The position numbers and the translations under genes are program-made. 64,000 nt of DNA, from contig CBDEFM010000002.1 in the NCBI GenBank assembly GCA_965237415.1, positions 960,001 to 1,024,000 of the forward strand. The letters are read 5' to 3'. Below are positions 10,775 through 19,490 of this stretch, piece by piece. The notes under the pieces were generated by a model. It did no database searches. It was not told the DNA's origin and saw only the letters and a list, made by a program, of their open reading frames with translations. The DNA comes from Alphaproteobacteria bacterium. GTDB lineage: Bacteria > Pseudomonadota > Alphaproteobacteria > UBA828. Each line of letters opens with the position of its first letter. Within the stretch, counting starts at the first letter, position 1.

Positions 10775-11317
10775 ATGATGGAACGGATCGACGTCACCCC
10801 CGAGTATATGGAGAGCGAGCGCGTCGCGCGCTTCAAGGACCTGAAGTCGAGCGCTCATGCGTTCGTCGATGCGCTGATCCCGGGCTATGAGCGGGACATT
10901 TACAACATCATCGGCCGCGGCGTGGTCGAGGATAAGGAGCTCAAGCCGCCGATCACCGACAACCGCGACTTCAATGTCGGCCTGATCAAGGCGGAGCCCG
11001 GCAAGGGCGCTTCGCTGCACATTCACGAGACCAACGAGGTGTTCATCCCGCTGACCGGCAAGTGGGGCATCTACTGGCAGAACAGCGACGGCCAGCGCCA
11101 CGAGGTCGTGCTCGAGCCTTACGACACCGTATCGGTTCCCATCGGCGCGAGTCGGGGCTTCCGCAACGCGGGCGACGGGACAGCGCTCATGCTCGCCGTG
11201 GTGGGCGGCACCGATCCGGGCAAGGTTCACTGGCCCGAGGAGACGATCGAGGAAGGGCAGCGCCACGGCATCGGCCTCGACGAAAACGGCGACCTCGTGC
11301 GGCTCGAAGAAACCTGA
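10775..11317 (+). CDS. Cupin domain protein
   Basis: GASLHIHETNEVFIPLTGKW followed by DTVSVPIGASRGFRN, the two cupin motifs; AGGAG RBS upstream. Confidence 0.8.
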   Translation: MMERIDVTPEYMESERVARFKDLKSSAHAFVDALIPGYERDIYNIIGRGVVEDKELKPPITDNRDFNVGLIKAEPGKGASLHIHETNEVFIPLTGKWGIYWQNSDGQRHEVVLEPYDTVSVPIGASRGFRNAGDGTALMLAVVGGTDPGKVHWPEETIEEGQRHGIGLDENGDLVRLEET

Positions 11318-11340
11318 TCGGTAGACCGGTAACGTGTGTG

Positions 11341-11369
11341 GCGGCGGGGCGCTGATGTATCCCCGCCGC
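11341..11369. repeat. GC-rich hairpin at the IS target site
   Basis: GCGGCGGGG (11341-11349) pairs with CCCCGCCGC (11361-11369) around an 11-nt loop. Confidence 0.75.
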
Positions 11370-12777
11370 TGTCGCTAGCAAGTGTATTTGTCCGGTTTTC
11401 GTAGCACATCATATGTCCGCTTCTGTTGTTGCGGTTTGCCCTGTGGACAAGTGGTCAGGCGCGGAGCGGCTGTCCACTTGTCCACAGGGCGCCGGCCGGT
11501 CGCGTCGAAGCGTCTCACGCGGCCTGCCGGGTTGGGGTTTCGATGGGCTCGCCGTTGGCGGTGTAGCGGGCGAGGCATCGGGGCCCGTGGAAGAGGGCGA
11601 GGGTTCCGTCCGGATACTCATGGACCCGGACCGTGGCCTTGACGTAGTGGTGTCTGGCCGGGGTAGCGGGGATCTGGAGGACGCGCCTTTCGTAGCGCAC
11701 GGTGTTGTCGCGGGCGACCGTGCGGTCTGTGCGGCGACAGAGGATGTCGTCGATCTGGCCGGGGTGTTCGAGGGGCACGAAGGCGCTGTCTTCGAGTTCG
11801 GGCGGGGTGGCGAAGCGGCGATTGTGGTCGGGCAGGTAGGTGTCTGCGATGAAGCGGTCGGCGGCTTTGACCGTCGCGATCCCCGCCAGCGCCAGTTCCT
11901 TGACGAGGCGGTCCTGGAGGGTGCCGAAGGCGCGCTCGGAGCGGCCGCGGGCCTCGGGCGAATAGGCAGCGATGTGCTCGATGCCGAGCTGATGGAGGGC
12001 GCGGCCGACCTGGGTGTGTTGATCCTTGGCGACCTTGCCGCCTGCCTCGGGGGTGTGGAAGTAGTGGCTGCCACGGTCGGTGTAGAGGCTGCTGGGCATC
12101 CCCTTGTCGGTGAACACCTGCTTCAGCGCCCGGAAGGTGGACGCGGTGCCTTCCTCCTCGACCAGGAAGGCCGAATAGATCTCTGAGGTGGCGTCGTCCA
12201 TGGTGACGATCAGGTCGCACGCCGCCTGGCCGGCCAGCCACTCATGGCGTGAGCCGTCCTGATGGAGCATCATGCCGACGCAGGGCTTGCGCGGGCGCCG
12301 GCGACGGTGGGCGCCGCGCCTGGGTGCCTTGGACACCAGGCCTGCGCGCTGCAAGGTGGTCTTGGTCCAGGTGTAGCTCCAGGCGAAGCCATGGTGGGCG
12401 CAGAGATGGTCGTGGAAGTGCTTGACCGTCCAGCCCGTATGGCGGGTTCGGTACTGCTCGAGCACCCATTCGATCCGGTCGGCCGGCACGCGGCGCGCGG
12501 ACGCCTTGTCGAGCCTTCGGTCGAACAATCCGTCGAGGCCATCGTCCTCGTAGCGGCGCCGGTAGCGGCGGAAGCTCCGCTCGCTCATCCCCAGCATCTC
12601 CGCCGCCTCCAGCGCAGACAGGCGTCGTGCCTGCCAGTGCCCCAGCACATTCTGAAACGTCTGCATCCTGCGTTCCTGTAGCAACGTCGTCCGGCTCATC
12701 GCGGTCCCTCCCCACGGAGACACCAAACCGGACAACTCGTGTGCTACCTAAACCGGACACATCATGTGCTAGCGACA
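11370..12777 (-). mobile_element. Complete insertion sequence, IS1202/ISNCY type (IS481-related DDE), 1408 bp
   Basis: Perfect 11-bp terminal IR TGTCGCTAGCA...TGCTAGCGACA; repeated subterminal TGTCCG(GTTT) and TAGCA(C) motifs at both ends; identical 17-bp flanking direct repeats TGATGTATCCCCGCCGC (11353-11369 and 12778-12794). Confidence 0.93.
11515..12699 (-). CDS. DDE transposase (ISNCY/IS1202 family)
   Basis: N-terminal HTH (EAAEMLGMSERSFRR) and integrase core with HQDGS, MDDAT, YTDRGS and SPEARGRSER. The ORF is intact. Confidence 0.93.
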   Translation of the reverse strand: MSRTTLLQERRMQTFQNVLGHWQARRLSALEAAEMLGMSERSFRRYRRRYEDDGLDGLFDRRLDKASARRVPADRIEWVLEQYRTRHTGWTVKHFHDHLCAHHGFAWSYTWTKTTLQRAGLVSKAPRRGAHRRRRPRKPCVGMMLHQDGSRHEWLAGQAACDLIVTMDDATSEIYSAFLVEEEGTASTFRALKQVFTDKGMPSSLYTDRGSHYFHTPEAGGKVAKDQHTQVGRALHQLGIEHIAAYSPEARGRSERAFGTLQDRLVKELALAGIATVKAADRFIADTYLPDHNRRFATPPELEDSAFVPLEHPGQIDDILCRRTDRTVARDNTVRYERRVLQIPATPARHHYVKATVRVHEYPDGTLALFHGPRCLARYTANGEPIETPTRQAA

Positions 12778-12794
12778 TGATGTATCCCCGCCGC

Positions 12795-12822
12795 TTGACA
12801 GCCTGTAACCACGCGGTAATGT
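12795..12822 (+). promoter_or_regulatory. Putative sigma70 promoter for rpmG
   Basis: TTGACA (12795-12800), 16-nt spacer, TAATGT (12817-12822), about 40 nt upstream of the rpmG ATG. Confidence 0.6.
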
Positions 12823-12861
12823 CGCCGCGTCCGTGACACTAGCAAGAGCCGAGCGTATCCG

Positions 12862-13029
12862 ATGGCCAAGGCCAACAGCATCATCATCAAGCTCGTCAGC
12901 TCGGCGGGCACGGGGTTCTACTACACGACGCGCAAGAACCCGCGCGGTCAGACCGAAAAGCTTTCGCTCCGTAAGTTCGACCCCGTGGCCCGCAAGCACG
13001 TGATCTTCAAGGAAGCGAAGATCAAGTAG
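12862..13029 (+). CDS. rpmG: 50S ribosomal protein L33 (non-zinc type)
   Basis: Below the ORF-track size cutoff. Manual translation: [55 protein letters not shown]. Confidence 0.97.
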   Translation: MAKANSIIIKLVSSAGTGFYYTTRKNPRGQTEKLSLRKFDPVARKHVIFKEAKIK

Positions 13030-13046
13030 AACCCGCAGGATCCGTC

Positions 13047-13532
13047 ATGCCATACGGGCGGCAACGCCGGCGCGCCGGCGTTGCAATCTCGGTCGCGTTA
13101 GCCGTGGGCCTGCTTCAGTCGCTCGTCCTCGCACCGGCTGCGGCGCGGGCGGATATGCAGGCCGGTTGGCAAGCGTACACGGCCGGCGACTACGAGACGG
13201 CGATCAGGGAATGGCAGCCGCTCGCCGAAGACGGCGACTATCAGGCCGCGTACGCGCTCGGCATGGCGTTTCAGATCAAAGGGGAGACCGCGAGCGCGGT
13301 GCCCTGGTACGAGCAGGCGGCCAGCGCCGGACTGGCCGAGGCGCAGATCCTGCTCGGTACGATCTATGCGCGGGGCAACGATGTGCCCCGCGACCTGGTG
13401 CGCGCGTACGCCTGGCTCTACCGGGCAGTCGAGAAGAACAGCCCGAATGCCCAGCTCATCCTCGAGTCCGTCGCGGGCCTGATGACCCCTGAAGAGATCG
13501 AGGCGGCGAAGGCGCTCAGCGCGACGCTTTAG
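13047..13532 (+). CDS. Exported Sel1-like repeat protein
   Basis: Signal peptide ending in AARA, then GDYETAIREWQPLAEDG and AQILLGTIYARGNDVPRDLVRAYAWL. Confidence 0.85.
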   Translation: MPYGRQRRRAGVAISVALAVGLLQSLVLAPAAARADMQAGWQAYTAGDYETAIREWQPLAEDGDYQAAYALGMAFQIKGETASAVPWYEQAASAGLAEAQILLGTIYARGNDVPRDLVRAYAWLYRAVEKNSPNAQLILESVAGLMTPEEIEAAKALSATL

Positions 13533-13850
13533 CGCTCGCTTTCCCTGCCGGTGCGGGCCCCTGACGGCTCCACCCCTTTCCCCGCATTCACGCTTTGCGA
13601 CGTCCCGAACGTGCTCGGCACTTGTGCGTTTTGGCAGCCGGTGGCCATCGATGCTATCCTGATTTGCGCCGACCGCGTCGAGAGTTGGCGGCGGTCGAGG
13701 CGCGGCGGAGAAGAAGAACGAGGCCACGTGCCGCACGGCGGCGACAATGCCGCCTGGGAGCACAAAGCATAGGAAGCGCGCACCCATCTCGAAGACATCT
13801 CGCGCTTACGCGGCCAAGGCCCGCGTCGGTGCGCATAGAGGGGAGAAGAC

Positions 13851-14897
13851 ATGATGGCAGCGAAGTTGCACAGAATGGCGTTGTCGGCGCTCGTAGCGAT
13901 CGGCCTGGCCGCAGTCGTCACCGGCGCACAGGCGCAGGAGATCGACACGATCGCGGTGCTGGTGCCTGAGCAGGGCACCGACTACGGCTGGAACCAGCAG
14001 GGCGTCGATGCGGCCAGGGCGGTCGGCGAGGCCATGGGACTCGAGGTGATTGCGGCCGAGGGCCTCGGCTACGGCGACGTGCGCCCGACGCTGCGCGAGC
14101 TTGCGGCGGAAGGCGCCGACCTGATGATCGCCCATGCCAGCGGCTACAACTCCGCCGCGCCGGAAGTCGCAAACGATACCAAGGTCGCGGTCGCGATCGT
14201 CGACGATCCCAACGCCGCGACGCCGGGCCTCGTCGCCGACTACACGGTGAGCGGGCATCAGGGCGCCTATCTCGCCGGCATGCTGGCGGCGCAGCTCTCG
14301 CGCACGGGCACGCTCGGCATCGTCGTCTCCGGCGAGCCGCCGTCGTGGAACTCGCAGTCCGCCGGCTTCGCCATGGGGGCCCGGGCGGCCAATGCCGACG
14401 TGAGTCTCGTCTACGCGGTGATCGGGCCGGCGGCCTATGCCGACGCGGCCGGCGGCAAGCGGGTCACGGAAGCAGTGATCGCCGCCGGCGCCGACATCGT
14501 CTTCGGCCAGGGCGACGGCTCCACCTTCGGCATGCTCCAGGCGGTCGAGACGGTGCCGGCCACAGACGGCGGCAAGGTGCTCTTCATCGACGTGATCGGC
14601 GACAAGACCGAGATCGACAAGGGGCATCTGCTCTCGTCGGTGGTCTGGAACCTGGTGCCGGTCTACACCGCGATGGTCGAGGACCTGAAGAGCGGCGCGT
14701 TCGGCACAGTGAACTATGCCATCCAGCTCGCCGATGACTCGGTACAGCTGCTGCGCACCGCGCACATCTCAGACGAGATGTGGAGTGGGCTGATGGATGC
14801 CCGGGCCAAGATCGTCGCGGGCGAGATCGAGGTGCCCGCGGTTTGGGAGGCCACGGACGTGCGCGCGATGATGTCGTCGGTCGAGGCGACTGAGTAG
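13851..14897 (+). CDS. BMP-family ABC transporter substrate-binding protein
   Basis: Signal peptide, DYGWNQQG and GAYLAGMLAA; leads a CUT2-type operon; strong RBS. Confidence 0.9.
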   Translation: MMAAKLHRMALSALVAIGLAAVVTGAQAQEIDTIAVLVPEQGTDYGWNQQGVDAARAVGEAMGLEVIAAEGLGYGDVRPTLRELAAEGADLMIAHASGYNSAAPEVANDTKVAVAIVDDPNAATPGLVADYTVSGHQGAYLAGMLAAQLSRTGTLGIVVSGEPPSWNSQSAGFAMGARAANADVSLVYAVIGPAAYADAAGGKRVTEAVIAAGADIVFGQGDGSTFGMLQAVETVPATDGGKVLFIDVIGDKTEIDKGHLLSSVVWNLVPVYTAMVEDLKSGAFGTVNYAIQLADDSVQLLRTAHISDEMWSGLMDARAKIVAGEIEVPAVWEATDVRAMMSSVEATE

Positions 14898-15019
14898 CGC
14901 ACGTAGAGAGCGCGGGCGGCGCCCGACGGCGGAGAGGCTCCGCACGCCGGGCGTCCCTGCCTCGTTTCCCGCGGCCGCCGCGGCGCCGCCCTAGCTGACC
15001 GGGAGCACGTGGCCTGACC

Positions 15020-16597
15020 ATGGCGTCCCGTCCTCTTGAGCGTGTCGCCGAAACGACCGAACCGGTCGTCGTGCTGCGGGATATCACGAAGCGCTTCCCC
15101 GGAGTCGTTGCCAACGACGAAATTTCGCTCGCCGTCTACCCGGGGGAGGTTCACGCGCTGCTCGGCGAGAACGGCGCCGGCAAGTCGACGCTGATCTCGA
15201 TTCTCTCGGGCATGCAGCGCCCGGATACGGGCACGATTGAGATTCGCGGCCGCGAGACCCGAATCGCGAGCCCGCGCACCGCGCTCGACCACGGCATCGG
15301 CACCGTCTATCAGCATCCGACACTGGTGCCGTCCTTGACCGTGCTCGAGAACCTGATGCTGGGTGCCTCGTGGCGTGCCCCCATGAACCGGACGGCGACC
15401 CGCGCAAGGCTGAGCGAGATCACCGCGTTGCTCGGCATCGCTCTGCCGGAGGACGCGCCGCTCGGCTCGCTCTCGCTCGGCCAGCAGCAGCTCGCCGAAA
15501 TCGTCAAGGCGCTCTGGCGGGGCGAGAGCGTGCTGATTCTCGACGAGGCGACCTCGATGCTCACGCCCCAGGGCGTCGAGGATCTGGGCCGGGTCATCGG
15601 GCGGCTGCGCGACGCCGGAATCGCCGTCCTCTTCATCACCCACAAGCTGCACGAGGCGGTGAGCTTCGGCGATCGGGTCACGGTGCTCCGGCAGGGACGC
15701 AAGGTCGGCTCCCTCGCGCCGGAAACGCTCGCCGGGCTCGCGCCGCAGGAGGCGATCGACCATATCGTCGATCTCATGTTCGGCGCTGCGGCCGACGGGA
15801 CTGTGCCGGAACGGAGCCGCGCAGGGCGGGAGGCCGCGCCGGGCAAACGTGTGGCGATCGAGGTGAACGGCCTCCGCCCGGCTGGCAGCCCGGCAGCGGC
15901 CGGCGATGGCGGTGTGAGCTTCGCGGTACGTGAGGGAGAAATCTTCGGAATCGCGGGCGTGGACGGCAACGGCCAGAAACAGCTTGCCGAGGCGATCGCC
16001 GGGCAGCGCCCCGCCGACGCCGGCAGCATCGTGCTCGACGGCGAGGCGATCGAGGGGCTGAGCGTGCGCCAGCGCCAGCACGCGGGCCTGCGCTACGTCA
16101 CCGACGACCGGCTCGGCGAGGGCACGGTGTCCGCCTTCCCGGTCGGCCTCAACCTGCTGTTGAAGCGCATCGGCGACGCGCCGTTCTGGCGCCACGGGAT
16201 CATCCGCAACGCCGAGGTTGAACGCCACGCGCGCGCGCTCATCGCCGAGCACGATGTCCGCGTGCCGGGTCCCGGAACCCCGCTGGGCCACCTCTCCGGC
16301 GGCAACGTGCAGAAGGCTCTGCTCGCCCGCGAGCTCGACAACCAGCCCATGGCCGTCATCTACAACAAGCCGACCTACGGGCTCGACCTGAACAATATCC
16401 GCCGCGCCCGGCTGGCGATCTGCGCGCGCGCCGACCAGGGGGTCGCGACGATCCTGATTTCGACCGACCTGGACGAGATCCTCGAGCTTGCGGACCGCAT
16501 CGGGGTCATGCTCGACGGCCGCATGGTCGGCATCGTGGAGAATGACGGCGACGCGGCGCGCCGGGTCGGCGAGCTCATGATCGGAGTCGGCACCTAG
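15020..16597 (+). CDS. ABC transporter ATP-binding protein (double NBD, nucleoside/CUT2 type)
   Basis: GENGAGKST, LILDE and LSGGNVQK. Confidence 0.93.
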   Translation: MASRPLERVAETTEPVVVLRDITKRFPGVVANDEISLAVYPGEVHALLGENGAGKSTLISILSGMQRPDTGTIEIRGRETRIASPRTALDHGIGTVYQHPTLVPSLTVLENLMLGASWRAPMNRTATRARLSEITALLGIALPEDAPLGSLSLGQQQLAEIVKALWRGESVLILDEATSMLTPQGVEDLGRVIGRLRDAGIAVLFITHKLHEAVSFGDRVTVLRQGRKVGSLAPETLAGLAPQEAIDHIVDLMFGAAADGTVPERSRAGREAAPGKRVAIEVNGLRPAGSPAAAGDGGVSFAVREGEIFGIAGVDGNGQKQLAEAIAGQRPADAGSIVLDGEAIEGLSVRQRQHAGLRYVTDDRLGEGTVSAFPVGLNLLLKRIGDAPFWRHGIIRNAEVERHARALIAEHDVRVPGPGTPLGHLSGGNVQKALLARELDNQPMAVIYNKPTYGLDLNNIRRARLAICARADQGVATILISTDLDEILELADRIGVMLDGRMVGIVENDGDAARRVGELMIGVGT

Positions 16598-16610
16598 CCC
16601 CGAAACCGCG

Positions 16611-17696
16611 ATGACGCAGGCGCCGACGGCACATGACGAGCGGCCCGCACCCAGCGTGACTGCGCTGCGTCGCTGGGCCGCGCCGGTCGCGACGGCGCTG
16701 TTGCCGATCGTGCTTGCGCTTGGCGTCGGCGCGCTGATCCTGCTGACTCTCGGCACCGATCCCGGTGCCTTCTACTACAACATCATCCGGCGCGGCCTGC
16801 TGAGCTGGATCGGTTTGCAGGACACGATCACCCGCTGCGCGCCGTTGCTCCTGCTCGGCGCGAGCCTGATCGTCGCCTTCCGCGCAGGCCTCTGGAACCT
16901 CGGTGTCGACGGGCAGTTCCTGCTCGCCGCCGTGATCGCCGCCGCGCTTGCGCCGGCTCTCGTCACGGTACTGCCGGTCTGGCTCGTGCTGCCCCTGGTG
17001 ATGGTTGTGGCGATGGCCGTGGGTGCCGTCTGGTCTCTGGTGCCGGCGGTGCTCAAGGCCTACCACGGCGTCAACGAGATCGTGACCACGCTGATGATGA
17101 GTTTCTTGGGCATCAGCGCGGCGAACGTCCTCATCAAGCTGCCCTTCGACGATCCCACCACCACCGTGCCGCAGACCGAGACCCTCGCGACCGACGACCG
17201 GCTGCCGCGACTCTTCGGCAGCACGATCAATGTCGGGGTGATCGTCGGCCTCGCGGTGATCCTTTTCATCCACTGGCTGATGACGCGGACGGCGTTCGGC
17301 CTGCGTCTGCGCGTCGTCGGCGCGAACCCGCGGGCGGCGGTGCACGTAGGGCTCCCGCTTGGCGCATTGATGGTTGCGGTGTTCGCGCTCAGCGCCGGCC
17401 TCGCGGGCCTCGCCGGTGCGGTCGAAATTCTCGGCGTCTGGGGCAATGTGCGGGCCGACTGGAACCCGGCCTACGGCCTGATGATCATCCCGCTCGTCTT
17501 CCTCGCCCGCTTCAACGGCATCGCCGTGATCGGCTTCGTTTTCTTCTTCGCCGTGCTCTCCATCGGCGGCGAGACCGCGTCGCGCAAGGCGGGGCTCCCC
17601 AACTACTTCATTCTGGTGCTGGTCGCGCTCATGCTGATCTTCCTGGCGCTGACCGAGTGGCTGGGCCAACGCCGCCAGATGGCAACGCGGGACTGA
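16611..17696 (+). CDS. ABC transporter permease
   Basis: FRAGLWNLGVDGQ and GVNEIVTTLM with many hydrophobic helices. Confidence 0.9.
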   Translation: MTQAPTAHDERPAPSVTALRRWAAPVATALLPIVLALGVGALILLTLGTDPGAFYYNIIRRGLLSWIGLQDTITRCAPLLLLGASLIVAFRAGLWNLGVDGQFLLAAVIAAALAPALVTVLPVWLVLPLVMVVAMAVGAVWSLVPAVLKAYHGVNEIVTTLMMSFLGISAANVLIKLPFDDPTTTVPQTETLATDDRLPRLFGSTINVGVIVGLAVILFIHWLMTRTAFGLRLRVVGANPRAAVHVGLPLGALMVAVFALSAGLAGLAGAVEILGVWGNVRADWNPAYGLMIIPLVFLARFNGIAVIGFVFFFAVLSIGGETASRKAGLPNYFILVLVALMLIFLALTEWLGQRRQMATRD

Positions 17697-17702
17697 CCGG
17701 CC

Positions 17703-18641
17703 ATGTCGCAGGGCCTGCTCAGCGACGCATTCCTGATCTCGCTGATTGCGGGCGCGGTCGCGGCCGGCCTGCCGCTGCTGCTCGCGGGGCTTGGCGAGCA
17801 GGTATCGGAGAAGGCGGGCGTCCTCAATATCGGCATCGAAGGGATGATGCTGTTCGGCGCCTACGCCGGCTTCGCCACCGCTTTCGGCACGAATTCGCTC
17901 TGGCTCGGCTTCCTCGCGGGCGCGGCGGCTGGCCTCGTGATGGCGATGCTGATGGCGCTTTTCTGCGTCCGCCTGGGGCTCAACCAGATCGTGATCGGGA
18001 TCGCCCTCACCCTCGGCGCGGACGGCATCACCGCCCTCCTCCACCACGTGCAGTTCAGCCGCACCTATCCGCGATTGCCACGGGTCGAGACCCTGGACAT
18101 TCCCGGGCTGAGCGAAATCCCGATCATCGGGCCCAGCCTCTTCTCCCGGCACCCGATGGTCTACATCGCGATCATTCTGGTCGTGGCGCTCGCCCTGCTT
18201 TTCCGCAGCACGAACGTGGGGCTCAACCTCCAGGCCGCCGGCGACAAGCCCGACGCGCTCGACGCGGCCGGGATCAGCGTGACCGCGACTCGCACGTGGT
18301 CGGTGCTCTTCACGGGCGTCATGGCGGGGATGGGCGGCGCCTACATGGCGATGGTCGGAGCCGGAATCTTCGTCCCCTTCATGACCGGCGGCGCCGGCTT
18401 CATCGCCATCGTGCTGGCCATGCTGGCGCGGGGGCGGCCGATCTGGGTGTTGATCGGCGCCGTCCTCTTCGGCGCGAGCCTCTCGCTCACCACTGCGCTG
18501 CAAGTGGGCGGCGTCAATGTGCCGACCGACGTCGTGCAGATGCTGCCCTTCCTCATGGTCATGATCGTGCTGGTGATATTCGCCCGGCGGGCGAGCCTGC
18601 CGGCGGCGCTCGGCCTGCCCTACGTGCGGGGGCAGCGTTAG
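17703..18641 (+). CDS. ABC transporter permease
   Basis: SEKAGVLNIGIEGMM and GFIAIV with many hydrophobic helices. Confidence 0.9.
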   Translation: MSQGLLSDAFLISLIAGAVAAGLPLLLAGLGEQVSEKAGVLNIGIEGMMLFGAYAGFATAFGTNSLWLGFLAGAAAGLVMAMLMALFCVRLGLNQIVIGIALTLGADGITALLHHVQFSRTYPRLPRVETLDIPGLSEIPIIGPSLFSRHPMVYIAIILVVALALLFRSTNVGLNLQAAGDKPDALDAAGISVTATRTWSVLFTGVMAGMGGAYMAMVGAGIFVPFMTGGAGFIAIVLAMLARGRPIWVLIGAVLFGASLSLTTALQVGGVNVPTDVVQMLPFLMVMIVLVIFARRASLPAALGLPYVRGQR

Positions 18642-18671
18642 ACTGGCCAGAGCAAGAGTGGGAGCGAGGCC

Positions 18672-19489
18672 ATGAAAGAGACGCGGGTCTACATTCTCGA
18701 CGGCGGCACACTGGTGATCGACGGCTTCCATATTACTGGAACCGGGGGCCGGCGGGTGAGGTGCGCTTCCCCGTCTACAGCGTGCTGATCGATCACGCCG
18801 ACGGGCTCTATCTCTTCGACACCGGCTTCGACTGCGACCACGTGAATGCGGTGCTGCCCTTCGAGAAGCCGCTGCAATCCGAGAAGCAGACCCTGCTGGG
18901 CGCGCTCGCGCTCGCCGGCTACCGGCCGCAGGACATCGACTACGTCGTCAACTCGCACTACCACTTCGACCATTGCGGCGGGAACCGCCACCTGCGCGAG
19001 GCCTGCACCGTCTGCCACGCGCTCGAATTCGCCCAGTGCAAGGCGCCCGCGCCCTTCGAGATGCTGGGCTACTCCGACATGAGCTTCCACGCCGACCTCT
19101 ATCGTGAGCGGCTCGCGCAAGAGGGACGCGCCGTACCGGATGATCCCGAGAGCGACATCTGGACTCCGCGGGTCGAGCTCGTCAGCGGCGATCAGGAAAT
19201 CGCCAAGGGTATGCAATTGATCGAGACGCCGGGCCACACGGCGGGCCACTACAGCCTGCTTGTCGAGCTTGCCGGGCGGCGGCCGATGCTCTTCACCGCC
19301 GATGCGGCGTACACGCGCAAGGGATTGGAGCAGGAGATCATCCCGAGCTTCCACCTGGACCCGGTGAAGGCCGTCGCCTCGATGAAGCGGCTCAAGGACG
19401 TGGCAGTCGAGCGGGATGCGGAAATCTTCGTCGGCCACGACGGCGACGCCTTCGCCGGCTACGCCACCGCGCCCGCCTACTACAGTTAG
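18672..19489 (+). pseudogene. 4-pyridoxolactonase-like metallo-beta-lactamase (AHL-lactonase family), frameshifted near 18733 (real or assembly error)
   Basis: ATG 18672 reads MKETRVYILDGGTLVIDGFHI and then leaves frame. The adjacent frame continues YWNRGPAGEVRFPVYSVLIDH...NSHYHFDHCGGN...TPGHTAGHYS. The joined sequence closely resembles Mesorhizobium loti 4-pyridoxolactonase as I recall it. Confidence 0.85.
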
Positions 19490-19490
19490 C

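Noticed and set aside
11330-11369. dif/XerCD site as the IS target
   Set aside because: No 11-6-11 AT-rich XerC/XerD arm pattern (such as TTATGTTAAAT) flanks the insertion.
18729-18740. Programmed ribosomal frameshift in the lactonase
   Set aside because: There is no X_XXY_YYZ slippery site or obvious stimulatory structure, and I know of no recoding in this family.
17657-19489. 610-aa ORF as a real fusion protein
   Set aside because: The N-terminal part is an off-frame reading of the permease. Only the C-terminal part is real, and it belongs to the frameshifted lactonase.
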